Below are positions 36,768 to 58,029 of a stretch of DNA of 64,000 nucleotides, in pieces. Origin of the DNA: the human T2T-CHM13v2.0 reference genome, Homo sapiens. Position 1 is the first letter of the stretch. Each line of letters opens with the position of its first letter. The translations under genes were made by a program, and so were the position numbers. The notes beneath the pieces were generated by a model. It saw only the letters and a list, made by a program, of their open reading frames with translations, did no database searches and was not told where the DNA came from. The stretch is from the NCBI RefSeq assembly GCF_009914755.1, contig NC_060940.1. The stretch is one strand, 5' to 3'.

Positions 36768-37504
36768 CTGGGGCGGAGAGGGTGCCGTCAGTGTGAGCCG
36801 GCTGGGCCCACCTCCCTCCGCATACTCCGTTCCCTTTCACCACCCCTTGACTCAGGATGGAAAGTGGAGAAACAGCACTGAGAATGGTTGGCCAGCGCTG
36901 TGTCTAGGCACTCCATCTCCTACCTACACTGTCTGTTGCCTAAGACAGAGATCTGGATGCTAAGGAGATGAGAAATAGAGGCTGTCCCTGGAAGGGCTCG
37001 GGGAGAATGCTCCCTGTACCTCCTCATTACTACTCTCTAGGTGTTTGAGCCCCCAACTGCTAATATCATATTTCCTATATTAGGAAAATCAAACACACCT
37101 TCCTTGACTTGTAAACAAAAATAACGTCCAGGCCAGGTGTGGTGGCTCACACCTGTAATCCCAGCACTTTGGGAGGCTGAGGTGGGCAGATCACCTGAAG
37201 TCAGGAGTTTGAGACCAGCCTGGCCAATATGGTGAAACCCCGTCTCTACTAAAAATACAAAAATTAGGCTGGGTGTGGTGGTGCACGCCTGTTATCCCAA
37301 CTACTGTATGGGAGGCTGAGGCTTGAGAATCACTTGAACCCAGGAGGTGGAGGTTACAGTTAGCTGAGATTATGTCACTGCACTCCAGCCTGGGTGGCAG
37401 AGCAAGACTCTTGTCTCGAGGAAAAAAAAAAAAAAAAAGACCTCTAACGTGAAAGGATGGCGAAGGGACCGGTTTCCTGACTGCTGCGCACATCTAGGAC
37501 TTAC

Positions 37505-37588
37505 TAGAGAGCAGTGAGGGCTGTGTTGACCTTCAGTGCACGGGCCACCGCACACGCTCCGTCATCCCCGATGGCGTTCTCCTGTAAA
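37505..37588 (-). CDS. NLRC3: NLRC3 LRR exon LQENAIGDDGACAVARALKVNTALTAL
   Basis: 84 nt, ag/gtaagt. Confidence 0.95.
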
Positions 37589-37904
37589 CTAGACACAGAG
37601 TATGACCCCTTTGGGTGCACGGGGCACAGGGAGCATTCTAGCAAGGCCCTGCCGCACTTGGACCTGCCAGGTTTAACCGACTACACACACCATAGACACT
37701 CCCAGGGTTTCCTGGGGATAACTGCCCTTCCTCCACAGGCCCTGCAGCCCGCCGCCTCATACTAAGCACACAGAGGCGTCTGGGGCCTGCATGAGTCTGA
37801 ACCGCCAGAGGCAAGCAGGAAATGGGACATATAGAGTGACTGTCAGCAGGGGCTTGGGACCCAAAAGGGGATGCTTTTCACAGCCAACCAGAAAATGAAC
37901 TTAA

Positions 37905-38063
<159 letters not shown>

Positions 38064-38118
38064 TAAAGTACTTAACTAGAGACGGGGACTACAGGCACAT
38101 GCCCCCATGCCCGGCTAA

Positions 38119-38301
<183 letters not shown>

Positions 38302-38406
38302 TAAGTTGGAGGGAACTAGCAGGCCCTGGTGCAGTGAGTGACTGAGTTTAGCTCAAGCGCACACTGGTATGTTCAAGGCCAAGAGCTGTTTGCATTCATT
38401 ATTTTA

Positions 38407-38601
<195 letters not shown>

Positions 38602-38607
38602 CTACTA

Positions 38608-38808
<201 letters not shown>

Positions 38809-39160
38809 TCATGTGCTAGGTGTTGTATAAGGCAGCAGGCCTGAGTCCCCCTCTCGAAGCTCAGGTGGGAAGACATGATTAAATGAGCAGGTACAACAGG
38901 CCAAGTGCAGGCTGCAGGGAAAAGCAAGCAGCATCTCCCACCCCAGGGTGTCAACAGAAGGCTCCCAGAAGAAATAGGTCAAAACCCGAACCCAAAGTGG
39001 GGAGTGTGCCTGGCTCAGCTAAGGAACCCAAACGAATTGAATTCCTGGGGAAGTGAGAAATGAGTCCAGGGAGGGACAAAGGAAGCAGATTTTAGGGGTC
39101 CCAGAAGCCACCCTGAGGGGCTGTGTGTACTTTACTCTGCAGGCCCTGGGCAACCATTCA

Positions 39161-39592
<432 letters not shown>

Positions 39593-39595
39593 TCA

Positions 39596-40261
<666 letters not shown>

Positions 40262-40824
40262 TTAAACCTAGAGTTCCCTCACGCCCCAGCGACTCCACTC
40301 CCAGGTATATCCAGCCAGGAGAAGGAAAGCTCACGTCCACACAGAAACTGGTGCACAAAGGTCCACAGCAGCACCGTTCCTAACAGCCAAGTAGGAACAA
40401 CCCAACGTCCGTCAGCTGATGAATGGAGAAATGAAACCTGTGTACCCATACAATGGATATCATTCAGCCTTACAAAGGAACTAAGTATTGAGACAGGCTA
40501 CAATGTGGATGAACCTTGAAAATCTGACACCAAATGAAAGACACCAGCCACAAAAGGCCACGTGTCGTATGATTCTATTTTTGGCCACGTATCGCACAAT
40601 TCCATTTATATGCGGTGTCCAGGGTAGGAAGATCATGGAGATGGTAGATTAGTGGTTGCCAGGGTTGGGGGAAAGGGAGAATGGGTAGTGAGTGCTAACG
40701 GGGTGATGGAAATGTTGTAAAATTGATTGTGATGATTGCATCACCGAATACACTAGAAACCAGTGAATTGTATACTAAGTGGGTGGATCTTCTGGCGTGA
40801 AGATTATATCTCAATCAAGCTGTC

Positions 40825-40943
40825 ATATATCTATGTATATATGTGTATGTACATATATGTATGTGTATATATGTATATGTGTATATATGTGTGTGTATAT
40901 GTGTGTGTGTGTATGTATATATATGTGTGTATATATATATATT
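40825..40943. repeat. (TA/TG)n compound microsatellite
   Basis: Directly visible. Confidence 0.9.
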
Positions 40944-40949
40944 TTTTAA

Positions 40950-41210
<261 letters not shown>

Positions 41211-41393
41211 TGAGCCAACGCACCCGGCCAATATATTTAAAAGGCAGACAAGGACTGAAACATGCCAGCTGGCCTTAGGGAAGAGGAGTGCCAGGGGTCA
41301 CTGGATTGAGCCTCTGCCTGATGGGTACCAGGTTTTCAGATTCCCCTGTCCTCAACAGCCCCCGCCCTGCAGCCCCTGGGCAGGCCAACTTAC

Positions 41394-41477
41394 TCTAAGC
41401 TGGTGAGGCTCCTGTTGAGCTGTAGTGCTTGTCCCAGGGCCTGGGCAGCGCCGGCCTGGATGAAGTTCCACTGCAGG
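41394..41477 (-). CDS. NLRC3: NLRC3 LRR exon LQWNFIQAGAAQALGQALQLNRSLTSL
   Basis: 84 nt, ag/gtaagt. Confidence 0.95.
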
Positions 41478-41928
41478 CTGGGCAGACACAGACACATGTG
41501 ACTATGTGACTATGTGACTATGTGGCCCTGGGGCAGAGCCAAGGAGGCTCTGATGGCAGGAGGTGGAATCCCTGCAGGATGTGGCAGGAGAATTCCTGCA
41601 ACCCCTGCCCAGACTTAGTTCTCAGAGGGTCACATGTACTCCCTGGTTAGCCGTGGCCAGAGGGCCGGGGAATAAGCCAGAAAAGACACCTCCAAATGGC
41701 CTCTGCCTGGAGGCCCAGCTGTGACCACCTCTTAACACATGTCTGTCTGTGGGTCAGGAGAGCACAGGATGGGGCACAGTCTGCTGGCAGCAGGCTAGCC
41801 CGGGCAGCCCCTGAGACCTTTGCAGGGGGTGTCCCCAAACCAGGTGTGGCCTGTGCATCGTTGGTTTGGGTGGAGCCCGGCAGCTCTGCAGAAGGGGAAC
41901 AGAGCAGGGTGGAGAGCTGCAGACTCAC

Positions 41929-42012
41929 TGAAGGGAGGTGAGGGTGCGGTTTTCTCTCACTGCCACTGCGATGGCCCGGGCACCCTGGTCGTGGAGGAGG
42001 TTGGCTGTCAGG
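41929..42012 (-). CDS. NLRC3: NLRC3 LRR exon LTANLLHDQGARAIAVAVRENRTLTSL
   Basis: 84 nt, ag/gtgagt. Confidence 0.95.
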
Positions 42013-42400
42013 CTAGGAGGAAGGGAACAGGAGCAAGTGAGCCGGGGGCCGGCTGTGAAGCCTCCGGTCCTTGGTCACCAGGGATTCCAGGGCTTGATAC
42101 CAGATCACCCAGCCAGCACGAGGGGGTGCTTCCTGGGGATACGTTGCCCAATGGCATGGTAACATCCTCATCCATCCCCACCAGGTGAAGCAGACGGCGT
42201 CACACTAGCCTCACCCTCGTGCAGTTTACACTATGAGAGTGGGGGACTTGCCACCCGATGTCAGGTCTCCTGGCTGCACCCTCCCCAGCCAGCTCCTTCT
42301 CCAACCCTGTGACGTGGCGAGGGTGCCCGTCAGCCCAGGCTCGGTGTGGGTGTGGTCATGGCATGAACAGCCTGTGGAGTCACAGGCCCCCACCACGTAC

Positions 42401-42484
42401 TCCAGGTTCTTCAGGGTGCTGTTGGCGCAGAGGGCATGAGCGATGGCCTGGGCTCCCTCGGGACTGATGGAGTTTTCTCGAAGG
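42401..42484 (-). CDS. NLRC3: NLRC3 LRR exon LRENSISPEGAQAIAHALCANSTLKNL
   Basis: 84 nt, ag/gtacgt. Confidence 0.95.
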
Positions 42485-42955
42485 CTGAAAAAAAAGGAAA
42501 GACCTGAGCTTCTGACCGGGCAGATGAGGTGTCTGGCAAAGCCAAGCCCAGGTGTTTAGGCTTCTTGAAGCCCAAGAAACTGCAGGCGGGGGACCTAGAG
42601 TTCTGCATAGTCTGGGCTGAGGTGTGAAGGAGCCAGTGCTAGTGAGCCAGTGCTGGGCCAGCCAGGTGCCCCCACTTTAGGACCATCCGCAGTACAGGGA
42701 GAGGACAGGATGACAGGGCCCCAGAGGTGCGAGGGGACAGGTGGCTCAGCGTGCATCTGGGAAGGGAGCGGCAGAATGGGCCACTGCGGGCAGCAGCTAT
42801 CCCCTGCACCCCAAGAGAGCAGGAAAAGGGCCAGGCTGCCAGGAAGGCTTCCCCAGCCATAGATTTCCCTGAGACAGGCTTCCCAGTGCCAAGTCCCTGC
42901 AGACAGGTGCCTCGTCAAAGAAACGCCCTGTTTGGAGAGGGTGGCCAGGACTTAC

Positions 42956-43039
42956 CTGAGGCTGAGGAGGGTCTGGTTGGTGCAGAGGGCCCCCATCAGT
43001 GCTGCCACTCCTGCGTCACTGATGGAATTGCTCTGCAGG
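42956..43039 (-). CDS. NLRC3: NLRC3 LRR exon LQSNSISDAGVAALMGALCTNQTLLSL
   Basis: 84 nt, ag/gtaagt. Confidence 0.95.
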
Positions 43040-43672
43040 CTGCGGAAAGAGGAGGCGCCCTGGGTGTGGCTGTCCCAGGACCCAGAGGGAGCTGCCCTGT
43101 CCCAGTCTGGGACAGCAGGCACTGGGCTCAACAGGGAGTTGGGGGCTCCAGGGACAGTGGTGGCCACACTGCTTCTCTTCTCATCTCTCTTTCCTCTCCC
43201 AGCCCCCCACCTTCTAGCCTCTGCCAGGTCAGGGCAGGTGGGTTCAGCACAACAAACCCCCAAATGTAGACCCTGCCTTGATGTGGGTGGCCCCAGACAG
43301 CCTCAGAGCAGGGTGTGTTGGGTCTGCAGCCCCCAGAGGGAGTGGCGCAGCAGGCTCCCCAAGTGTGGGTGTAGCGCTGAGCTCTCCTTTCCCCTACCAA
43401 AGCTGCTGCAGCTGACTCCCTCTCCAGCCACCCATGCTGGCTTCTCAAGGACACTTGGAGCTCATCATTCCAAACACTCCAGACCCTACCCCAGCCCCCA
43501 CTGTCTAGGGAAATGGAGCTGGTGGGGCAGGGGCTACTGAGGACAGTGTGTGCCCAGGGTTAGTGTTGGCAGGGAAATGGCCCTGGGGGACAGCCATTTT
43601 TCAGGACTGCCGGCCCACTATCTACTGGAAAGAGAACCCAGGGGGAATCGTCACCCTGGCAGGTGGACTCAC

Positions 43673-43756
43673 TCCAGGCTCTCCAGGCCCTGGTTCACCT
43701 TCAGGGCCTCAGCCAGGGCCTTGGCACCTCCATCACCAATACTATTACTGGAGAAC
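43673..43756 (-). CDS. NLRC3: NLRC3 LRR exon FSSNSIGDGGAKALAEALKVNQGLESL
   Basis: 84 nt, ag/gtgagt. Confidence 0.95.
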
Positions 43757-44179
43757 CTGCAAGAGAAGGGATATGGATGAGCCAGCCTCTGGGAGCTGCC
43801 AGGCAGGGCTGGGCAGAGGGATCAGAGTCAGGGAAGCCCTCCTGGGAGGGCTGGCTCTGTTGTCTCAAGGGTGGCCAGTGCACAGTTTGTTCTGCCTGAG
43901 GCCTGTTGGCTGTAGTCTCTGCAAGTGACCACCTGTTGTCTGTAAGAAATCAGGATAGCAAAGTCCCTCTTGACTCCCTGGCAAGAAGGGTCAACCCTTC
44001 AGTGATAAGTATTTTGGGGGGTTTTTGTGAAGATGGTCAGGAAATGTTTTCTTCTGCCAGCTGGGAAGACAGTAAATGTGAGCCCGAGAAGGTTGGGGTT
44101 CACCCAGTCCTGGGAATCTGAGTCTCCATTCTCCTCGGTTAGTGCTTTTGGAGTCCAAAGTCAGCTAACCAGCACTCAC

Positions 44180-45385
44180 ACTTCCATCCATCTATCCATC
44201 CACTCACTTATTGATTTATCTACTTACCCACCCACTCATTCATAAATCCATCCATTCGTCCATCCATCCACCTACTCACCTACCCACTTACCCATTCATC
44301 CATCCACTCATCCATCCACCTACCCATCAGTCCACTTAGCTATCATTTCGTCTGTCCATCCACTCATCCACCCATCCATCCATTTGTCCATCCATCCATC
44401 CACTCACCTATTCTCCACTAATTCATTCAGCCATGCCTCCATCCACTCATCTACCCACCCATCCATTCATCTATCCATTCATCCATCCATCCACCCACCC
44501 ACCCACTCACTCATTCATTCACTCATTCATTCTACCATCCATCTATCCACTCACCCATCCATCCATCCATCCACTCATCCATTTATCCATCCACTCATCC
44601 ATTCAACCATCCATCCATTCACGTACCCATCCACCTATCCACCCATCCCTCTCTACCCACCCATCCACCCATCTATTCACCCATTCAACCATCCATTTAT
44701 CTACTCTACTCATTCATTCATTCATCCACATACCCACCCATCCATCCATCCCTCCATCTACCCACTCACCCATTCATCCACTCATTTATTCAACCATCCA
44801 TCCATCCATCCACCCATCCACCAATCCACCCATCAATGCATCCATTCATCCACTCATCCACCCATCCATCCATCCATCCATCCATCCATTCATTCAACCA
44901 TCCATCCATCCATTCAACCGTCCATCTATCCATCCATCCTTCCATTCACTCATTCATCCACTCAGTCATTCATCTACTCGTTCATTCAACCATCCATCCA
45001 TCCATCCATTCACCCATTCATCAGTCCTCTCACCCATCCATCCATCCATCCATCCACTCATTCATTTATCCATTCATTCACCCATCCATCCATCCATCCA
45101 TCCACCTGCCTACCCATCCACCACTACCCACCCAACCATCCATCCACCCACCCATATACTCATTTAACCATCCATCCATCTATCCACTCATTCATCCATC
45201 AGTCCACTCATCCATCCATCCGTCCACTCATCAGTGTATCCCTTCATTCACCCATCCATCCATCCATCCATCCATCCATCCATCCATCCATCCATTTACC
45301 TAGCCACCCATCCACCTAGTCACCCATCCATCCATCCACCCACCCATCCATCCATTCACCTATCCATCAATCCATCCATCCATCC
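44180..45385. repeat. ~1.2-kb degenerate (CATC/CATT/CACC)n tetranucleotide tract
   Basis: Directly visible; very few G on + strand. Confidence 0.95.
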
Positions 45386-45466
45386 TCAGGCTCACAAATA
45401 TTTGTGCTGGGTTGGGCATTGTGCTGGGCACTGAGGATACTAGTGTGGGCCTTTCATATGTCTCAC

Positions 45467-45550
45467 ATGAGCTCTTTCAGACTCCTGTTCTGCTTCAAGG
45501 CATCTGCCATCCGCTGGGCTCCCATGGGCCCGATGCTGTTCTTCTGCAGG
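45467..45550 (-). CDS. NLRC3: NLRC3 LRR exon LQKNSIGPMGAQRMADALKQNRSLKEL
   Basis: 84 nt, ag/gtgaga. Confidence 0.95.
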
Positions 45551-45930
45551 CTGTGGGAGAAAAGAGAGGGGTCCTTTAGAAAGGCTGGTCACAGCCATTC
45601 CCAGGCCAAGGACGGTTCAGGTTCAAGGTCAGGGACAACTAGTGTGCCCTCTACATTTATTGGAGCAGGTGGGGAGGGCGTTCTCCAGATGGGTCTTTGG
45701 ATTGTTGCCTAAGTGATAATGGACCAACATTATGATGAGGGATAGTAAGGGGTCAGGGCAGCTGAGCCTCCCTTGCAAGGAGCTAGAAAGCAGAGATCAG
45801 TAGGTGCTGATAATGCCCAGCAACCTCCCGAATGGGGACCTCCATGGACAAGTCTCTCTGGTGCCTTACCTGCAGTCTGCCTCCCATCTAGACCAGCAGG
45901 CTGCCTCCAACCCTAAGAAACCTCCCTAGG

Positions 45931-46251
<321 letters not shown>

Positions 46252-46364
46252 TTAGGTTCCTCTTCTGAAAAAGCTGCTTCCTCTTGTCCTAAATCTGGTG
46301 GAGGGAGACAGCACGGGAGAAACCCTGTCCTCATCCTACAAGGACAGGCAGGCAGGACGTCTCC

Positions 46365-47366
<1,002 letters not shown>

Positions 47367-47512
47367 TAATGGGCATCAGGGGCCATCCAGATGGGTCAGA
47401 AGGCCTCAGGTCCTAGCCCCATCCATTCTTCCTAGCAGGTAATAGGCAGAGAGGCCCTTGGAGGAGGAGGGAGAAGGGAGAGAAGGGGGAGAGAGGAGAT
47501 GTGTTCACTCAC

Positions 47513-47596
47513 TGCAGCATGGAGAGGGTCCGGTTGGAGGCCAAGGCCTCAGCCATGGACCTGGCACCATCATCCCTAACGGTGTTGCCCTGGAGG
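47513..47596 (-). CDS. NLRC3: NLRC3 LRR exon LQGNTVRDDGARSMAEALASNRTLSML
   Basis: 84 nt, ag/gtgagt. Confidence 0.95.
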
Positions 47597-47859
47597 CTGC
47601 AGAGACAAGAAGAGGCTCATCACTGATGGAGCAGAAGCTGGAACCCAGGGGTCTGAACTCTCTCTGCAGTGGGGGCACCTCTGTGGAGCAAGGGGTTCTG
47701 ACCACTACGTGCCCTCACCGCCCACCATGCAGGGAGAGCAGTGGACCCTTTGCACCACTGCCTGGGGCTTAGGTTTTTCTTTGAGTTGCTAAGCATTTGC
47801 CTGCTGGCTGGGAACAAGGTGCTTCTGCTCTCTGAATAACCACAACAAAGTCATCAATT

Positions 47860-49245
<1,386 letters not shown>

Positions 49246-49316
49246 AACAGAACAGAAAAGTGGTACCCACTCAGCTAAGTATAGATATAACCACAGGCTT
49301 TTAAAAGAGACATAAC

Positions 49317-50073
<757 letters not shown>

Positions 50074-50182
50074 CCCATGCCTGCCATTGTGAATCACCTC
50101 CCATTCTCATAGGTGGTGCCTGAGGAGAGGGTTTTCTGGGCCCTCTCTTGGGGTCACAACACAGGGAGCAGGTGACACACAC

Positions 50183-50266
50183 CTCAGGGAGGTCAGGGTG
50201 CGGTTGATCTTCAAAGCGTCTGCCAGCGCCTTGGCCCCTTGTGGTCCAATGGAGTTACCGCGGAGG
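50183..50266 (-). CDS. NLRC3: NLRC3 LRR exon [27 protein letters not shown]
   Basis: 84 nt, ag/gtgtgt. Confidence 0.95.
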
Positions 50267-50864
50267 CTGAAGGAAGAGAGAAAGAGACACCTCCTTCATC
50301 TGTCTCCCAGAGAGGGAAGGGGAAACAGAAACTGCATTGACCTTGAAATTCGTGATCCTCTAAGGGAATGTGTAAGGGCTTAGGATCTCATGTTTGGTGG
50401 AACCAGGGCAGAGATCCTTATATAAACAAGGAAGGAGTTTCCCCACGACTGTCTCAGGTGTTGGGGGAAAGAAAGCAGCACCTGATGGACTAGTGGGCTT
50501 GGGCCAAATGTGGAGATGAGAATGATGGCCCCAGATGCAGGGCAAACATCTGGTGTGTCCCTGGCTGTAGCCCGGCAACTGAGGAGCCATGGTTCAGCCC
50601 GGCTGTCCTTCTGCCCCACCAGGAAGGCATGTGCGCTAAGGTGTGGCCTCCCTGTGTCTTATTCCCACAGGAGTCTTAGAACCTGCTCCAAATGAAGTAT
50701 GGATATTATGTCCAGATGCTACCCAGGGGCTGAATCATGGGAATCAGGGAAGAACAGACAGGTAAGACCCAAGTCATTTCCTAGGAGGGAGGGGACTTCA
50801 CAAGATGCCTCACAACTCTTCTGGTTCCAATGGCAAAAGTTCGGCCTTGGTTGTCCTTACTTAC

Positions 50865-50948
50865 TCCAGAGAGGTCAGACTTCTGTTGACCAAGAGGGAT
50901 CTGGCCAGAGCTTTGGCCCCTTTGTTACTGATCTGGTTCTCCGCCAAG
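50865..50948 (-). CDS. NLRC3: NLRC3 LRR exon LAENQISNKGAKALARSLLVNRSLTSL
   Basis: 84 nt, ag/gtaagt. Confidence 0.95.
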
Positions 50949-51274
50949 CTGCCCAAGGAAAGGGAGAGGAGTGGTTATTTTAGGCATGCACATCTCATGG
51001 CCTCTTCCTCAACGCTGTGCCCGTGATTAATCCTCTAGGCTCCCCCACATCATCAGGGTCTGGACATAGGTGGAGATGAGGTGACCCCTGGAGCAGAATG
51101 CCAGGCACAGCAGAGCCCCTGAGCCTGGGCAGCGTAGGGCCAGAGTGGGAGGACAGACCCTCATCATGGCAAAGGGTCTCAGGAAAAAGTTTAACCAGAA
51201 TCCAGCACAACAGCTTCTACACAAACAGCACAGCAAAGAAAATGGAAATCTCGGAAGCCTAACATGCAGATGGC

Positions 51275-51780
51275 AGCCAGTGGTGTACTGGTAAACTGGC
51301 TCCCAGGAAAAACAAAATTTCAAAAACTGGGCTGTGCGTGGTGGCTCATGCCTATACAATCCCAGCACTTTGGGAGGCCAAGGCGGGAGCATCACTTGAA
51401 ACCAGGCGTTTGAGACTAGCCTGGGAAACATAGGGAGATCTTGTCTCCACGAAAAACATAAAAATTAGTCAGGTGGCGCACCTGTAGTCCAAGCTACTTG
51501 GGAGGCTGAGGAGGGAGGATTTAGCCTAGAAGGTTGAGGCTGCAATGAGCCATGATGACATCACTGCGCTCCAGCCTGAGCGACAGAGTGAGACCATGTC
51601 TCAAAACAACAACAAAACAAAAAACAAATGCTAGCAAACTGATTTGTAGTATCTGCCACTTTCCATGGTATAAATACTCCCAGCAACACCAAGTTCAAGC
51701 ACCTCCACCTTGCAAAATTCCTGAAAATTTAACAATCAGCTTTCGTGAACTGGTACAAACAAATTTAGGCACACTACTGA
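51275..51780. mobile_element. MER63-like hAT DNA transposon split by an Alu (51329-51625)
   Basis: ccagtggtgtactgg ... aattcctgaaaatttaacaatc ... cacactactg termini. Confidence 0.6.
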
Positions 51781-51854
51781 TCCTAGCCTCTTTTCTAGTG
51801 CAAAATGGCAAATGGTAGAGTTATTTAAAATTAACTTTAAAATTAAAAAAAAAC

Positions 51855-51880
51855 CACACACACACACACACACACACACA
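51855..51880. repeat. (CA)n microsatellite
   Basis: Directly visible. Confidence 0.9.
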
Positions 51881-52049
51881 TCTTGATTTGCCTCAAAAGC
51901 ATGGTTCTGGGAATATGGTGGTGGATCAACTCAATGTTACTTCATGTATCCAGCTGCAGAAATAGTAGCTGTCCAGGCTCTTTGCCGTTTGTAGGCATTC
52001 AGCCCCATGGGATATAGTAGTTCAATTAGAATCCCCAGGCTGGTGCTCT

Positions 52050-54615
<2,566 letters not shown>

Positions 54616-54972
54616 GGGGGGATAATTATAATCCTGTGCCTAGAATGCTGTTGGACAGCAAACTTGGAGAGGTGCTTAGAGAACATTGTGCCTGGCATTA
54701 TGTCAGCACACGTAGTGCTGTGGAAACACCTGCCTGTGCACAGCGGTGTCTAGTCCCGCCAGGTCACCTCCCTCTTCCTACTGATGAGGCACCTGAGCCT
54801 CTAGCACTTTCTGGAATTGGGCAGAAACAAGCAGGCTGCATCTGGAGCCACATGCTCCAAAGACACTTCTCCGTGGCAGCGCCGCTGGCCAGCTGAGCAG
54901 AGGATGATGGGAAGAGGGTTCCATACCCCACAAGACCATAGGCACCCTGGAGGTCCCCTGGGTCTGTGTTAC

Positions 54973-55059
54973 CTGATCTTCTGAATGCGACAGTCCTTCC
55001 CACTCAGCACGCTGCCCAGCAGCTCCATCACGGGGTCCTGGAACTGGTTGGTGTCCAGC
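54973..55059 (-). CDS. NLRC3: NLRC3 first LRR exon LDTNQFQDPVMELLGSVLSGKDCRIQKI
   Basis: 87 nt, ag/gtaaca. Confidence 0.93.
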
Positions 55060-55434
55060 CTGGCCAAGGGGAGCAGTGACAGTGAGTGTCCCACCCGCCC
55101 ACGGGCAGGGTGGGGGCCCTGGCCCGGGGCCTCTGCCTCTCTCCATCCCATGCAGCGCTATCACCGCAGCTCTGAGATCTGCGCTCAGCCCCAGTGCTCA
55201 GACCTTTCCCGTGAGAGTGAACAGGAGGCTGGGTGCCCACGAGACCTGCGGTTCCTGTGCAGAACGGCATCTTCCACGGGCTGTCGTCCTCACCACCCCA
55301 CATACCGCCTGCCTCTGCGGGACACCTGGATGACCCTCAGCCTGTGTCCTTTCCTCCCTACTCACTAAGGTCCAGAGTGGCGGGCAGGGGACAGGCTGAA
55401 AGCATTCAGCGGGTGTGCAGCTTCTATCAGACTG

Positions 55435-56195
<761 letters not shown>

Positions 56196-56279
56196 GAGAA
56201 GCTTGGTGGTGGGGAGGGGACGGCTTCTGCTCTCTCCTCTGCCCCTTCCCCAGCCCCTGCCCCCTGCCCTGGTATCCAC

Positions 56280-58029
56280 CTGAGCTTCCGGCAGTAGAGC
56301 AGCTGGGGCAGCAGGCTCTGAAGGACGCCCTGGCTGAGGCTCAGGGACAGGTTGGCCTCCTGGGCACAGGCGTCGGACACCTGCAGGAGGTAGGCCAGGG
56401 CAGCGCGGTGCGCGGGACCAGTCAGCCTGGCCAGGGCCCCGCTCTCCATGGCCTCCTCCACGCTGCGGGCCAGCTCGGTGTGCTGCAGCTCATGCAGGCA
56501 GTGCAACACGTTGATGGCCCGTGCACAGACTGCGGCATCGGGGCGCAGGCAGCCCTGCAGGAGCTCAGCCACCTGGGTCCGGTAGGCCTGGTGCTCGCCT
56601 TGGGCCAGCAGGGAGCCGGCCAGGAGGGCATTGACCCTCGGAGACAAGAGGCCGGAGAGGAAGCGCAGGAACACGTCCAGCCTCCCGTCCTCTGCCTGCA
56701 TGGCCCGCTGGGCTGCGCTCCTGAAATGCGTGAGGAAGCCCAGCCTGGGCCAGGATACGCCGCTCTCAGTGAAGAGGTCGAAGATGGCCCTCCTGGATGC
56801 GCCATAGTAATACGCGGCTGCCACAAACTCCTGCAGGGACAGGTGGGTGAAGCAGTAGGCCACTGACGATGCCAACGTCTCCTCTCTCTGCAGGAAGCAG
56901 CTGCACGGGGCGCCCTGCAGCAGAGCGAGGTCTACACCAAACGCCTTCATGTCTTGCTCGTAAAACACGTATTTCTTCTTGAGCAGCCCATGGAAGGCCA
57001 GACGGCCCAATGTCCCCACCATCTTGCGGCCACCATGGGCCACCTGCTCGATGCGAGGGCTTGCCTTGCCCTTCTCCTGCCCCTCCCCGCTGAGGGCCAT
57101 CCTAAAGTACCATGAGTAGAGCTCGCACAGGGTCCTCGGGGGCCACAGCTCTGCATCCTGGGGCCCCGTCCTGCTGCGCCACAGGTGGCCTAGCGCCATC
57201 CCCGTGAGCCTGCAGAAGGCTGGGACGGTGCACATCAGGTACAGGGCCCTGTCAGCCTGCACTTGGCTCAGCATCCAGCCCAGAAGGGCCTGGTCCTCGG
57301 GGAACATCTGCTCCAAACACACCTTGATCTCCTCCTCGTTAAAGCCCCGGATCTCCGTCATCCGGTCCACCAGGCCCCCTGGGATCTGGCCAGATGCACT
57401 GGGACGGGAGGTGATCCAGATGGAAACTTCCGGAAAGAGGTTGCCACGGATGATGTTGGTGATCAGGTGGTCCACCGGGATCTCCTTCTTTGGGTCCGTG
57501 CAGGCCACGGTGTTGGAGAAGTCCAGAGGCGTCCTGCACTCATCCAAGCCGTCCAGGATCAGGAGGGCCCTGGCTGGGACTGCCACCGCCAGGCTGGGCT
57601 CCCCGACGTGCGGGAAGACCGAGCAGATGAGTCGGTCGGCACACAGCTTCTCGTGGGTGTTGAGATCCCGGAAGGTCAGAGGCAGCACCAGCGAGAAGTC
57701 CTTGCCGACCTGCCCATGGGCCCAGAGGCGGACGAAGTGCCTCACCAGGGTGGTCTTGCCCATGCCGGCCACCCCGATAGTGATGGAGACCCGGGGTGGG
57801 ACAGACACCCGGGAGAGAGGCAGGAAGAGCCGGTCCAGGGCGACGGTCCTGGCGGGGTGCCCGCCCCCGCGGGTGGCCTCCACCTGTGTGAAGTCGTGTT
57901 CCCTCAGCTGCAGGTCCGTCAGGCCCTCCACCAGCAGGAGGGAGGCCAGCCTGTGCCAGGGTCCGCCCAGCTCCGGGCCACCTCCCACCTTGCTCAGCAG
58001 GGCCTTGCGGTGCCTCTGTATCCTTGAGT
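56280..58029 (-). CDS. NLRC3: NLRC3 large NACHT exon (Walker [10 protein letters not shown], Walker [10 protein letters not shown], sensor-1 ITSRP, WH motif FTHLSLQEF)
   Basis: Core of ORF 56171..58156; cccgcag acceptor, CAG|gtggat donor; 1750 nt. Confidence 0.97.

Noticed and set aside
44384-45434. 311/244/155-aa His/Pro/Ser/Ile ORFs
   Set aside because: Translation of (CATC)n, which lacks stop codons by composition
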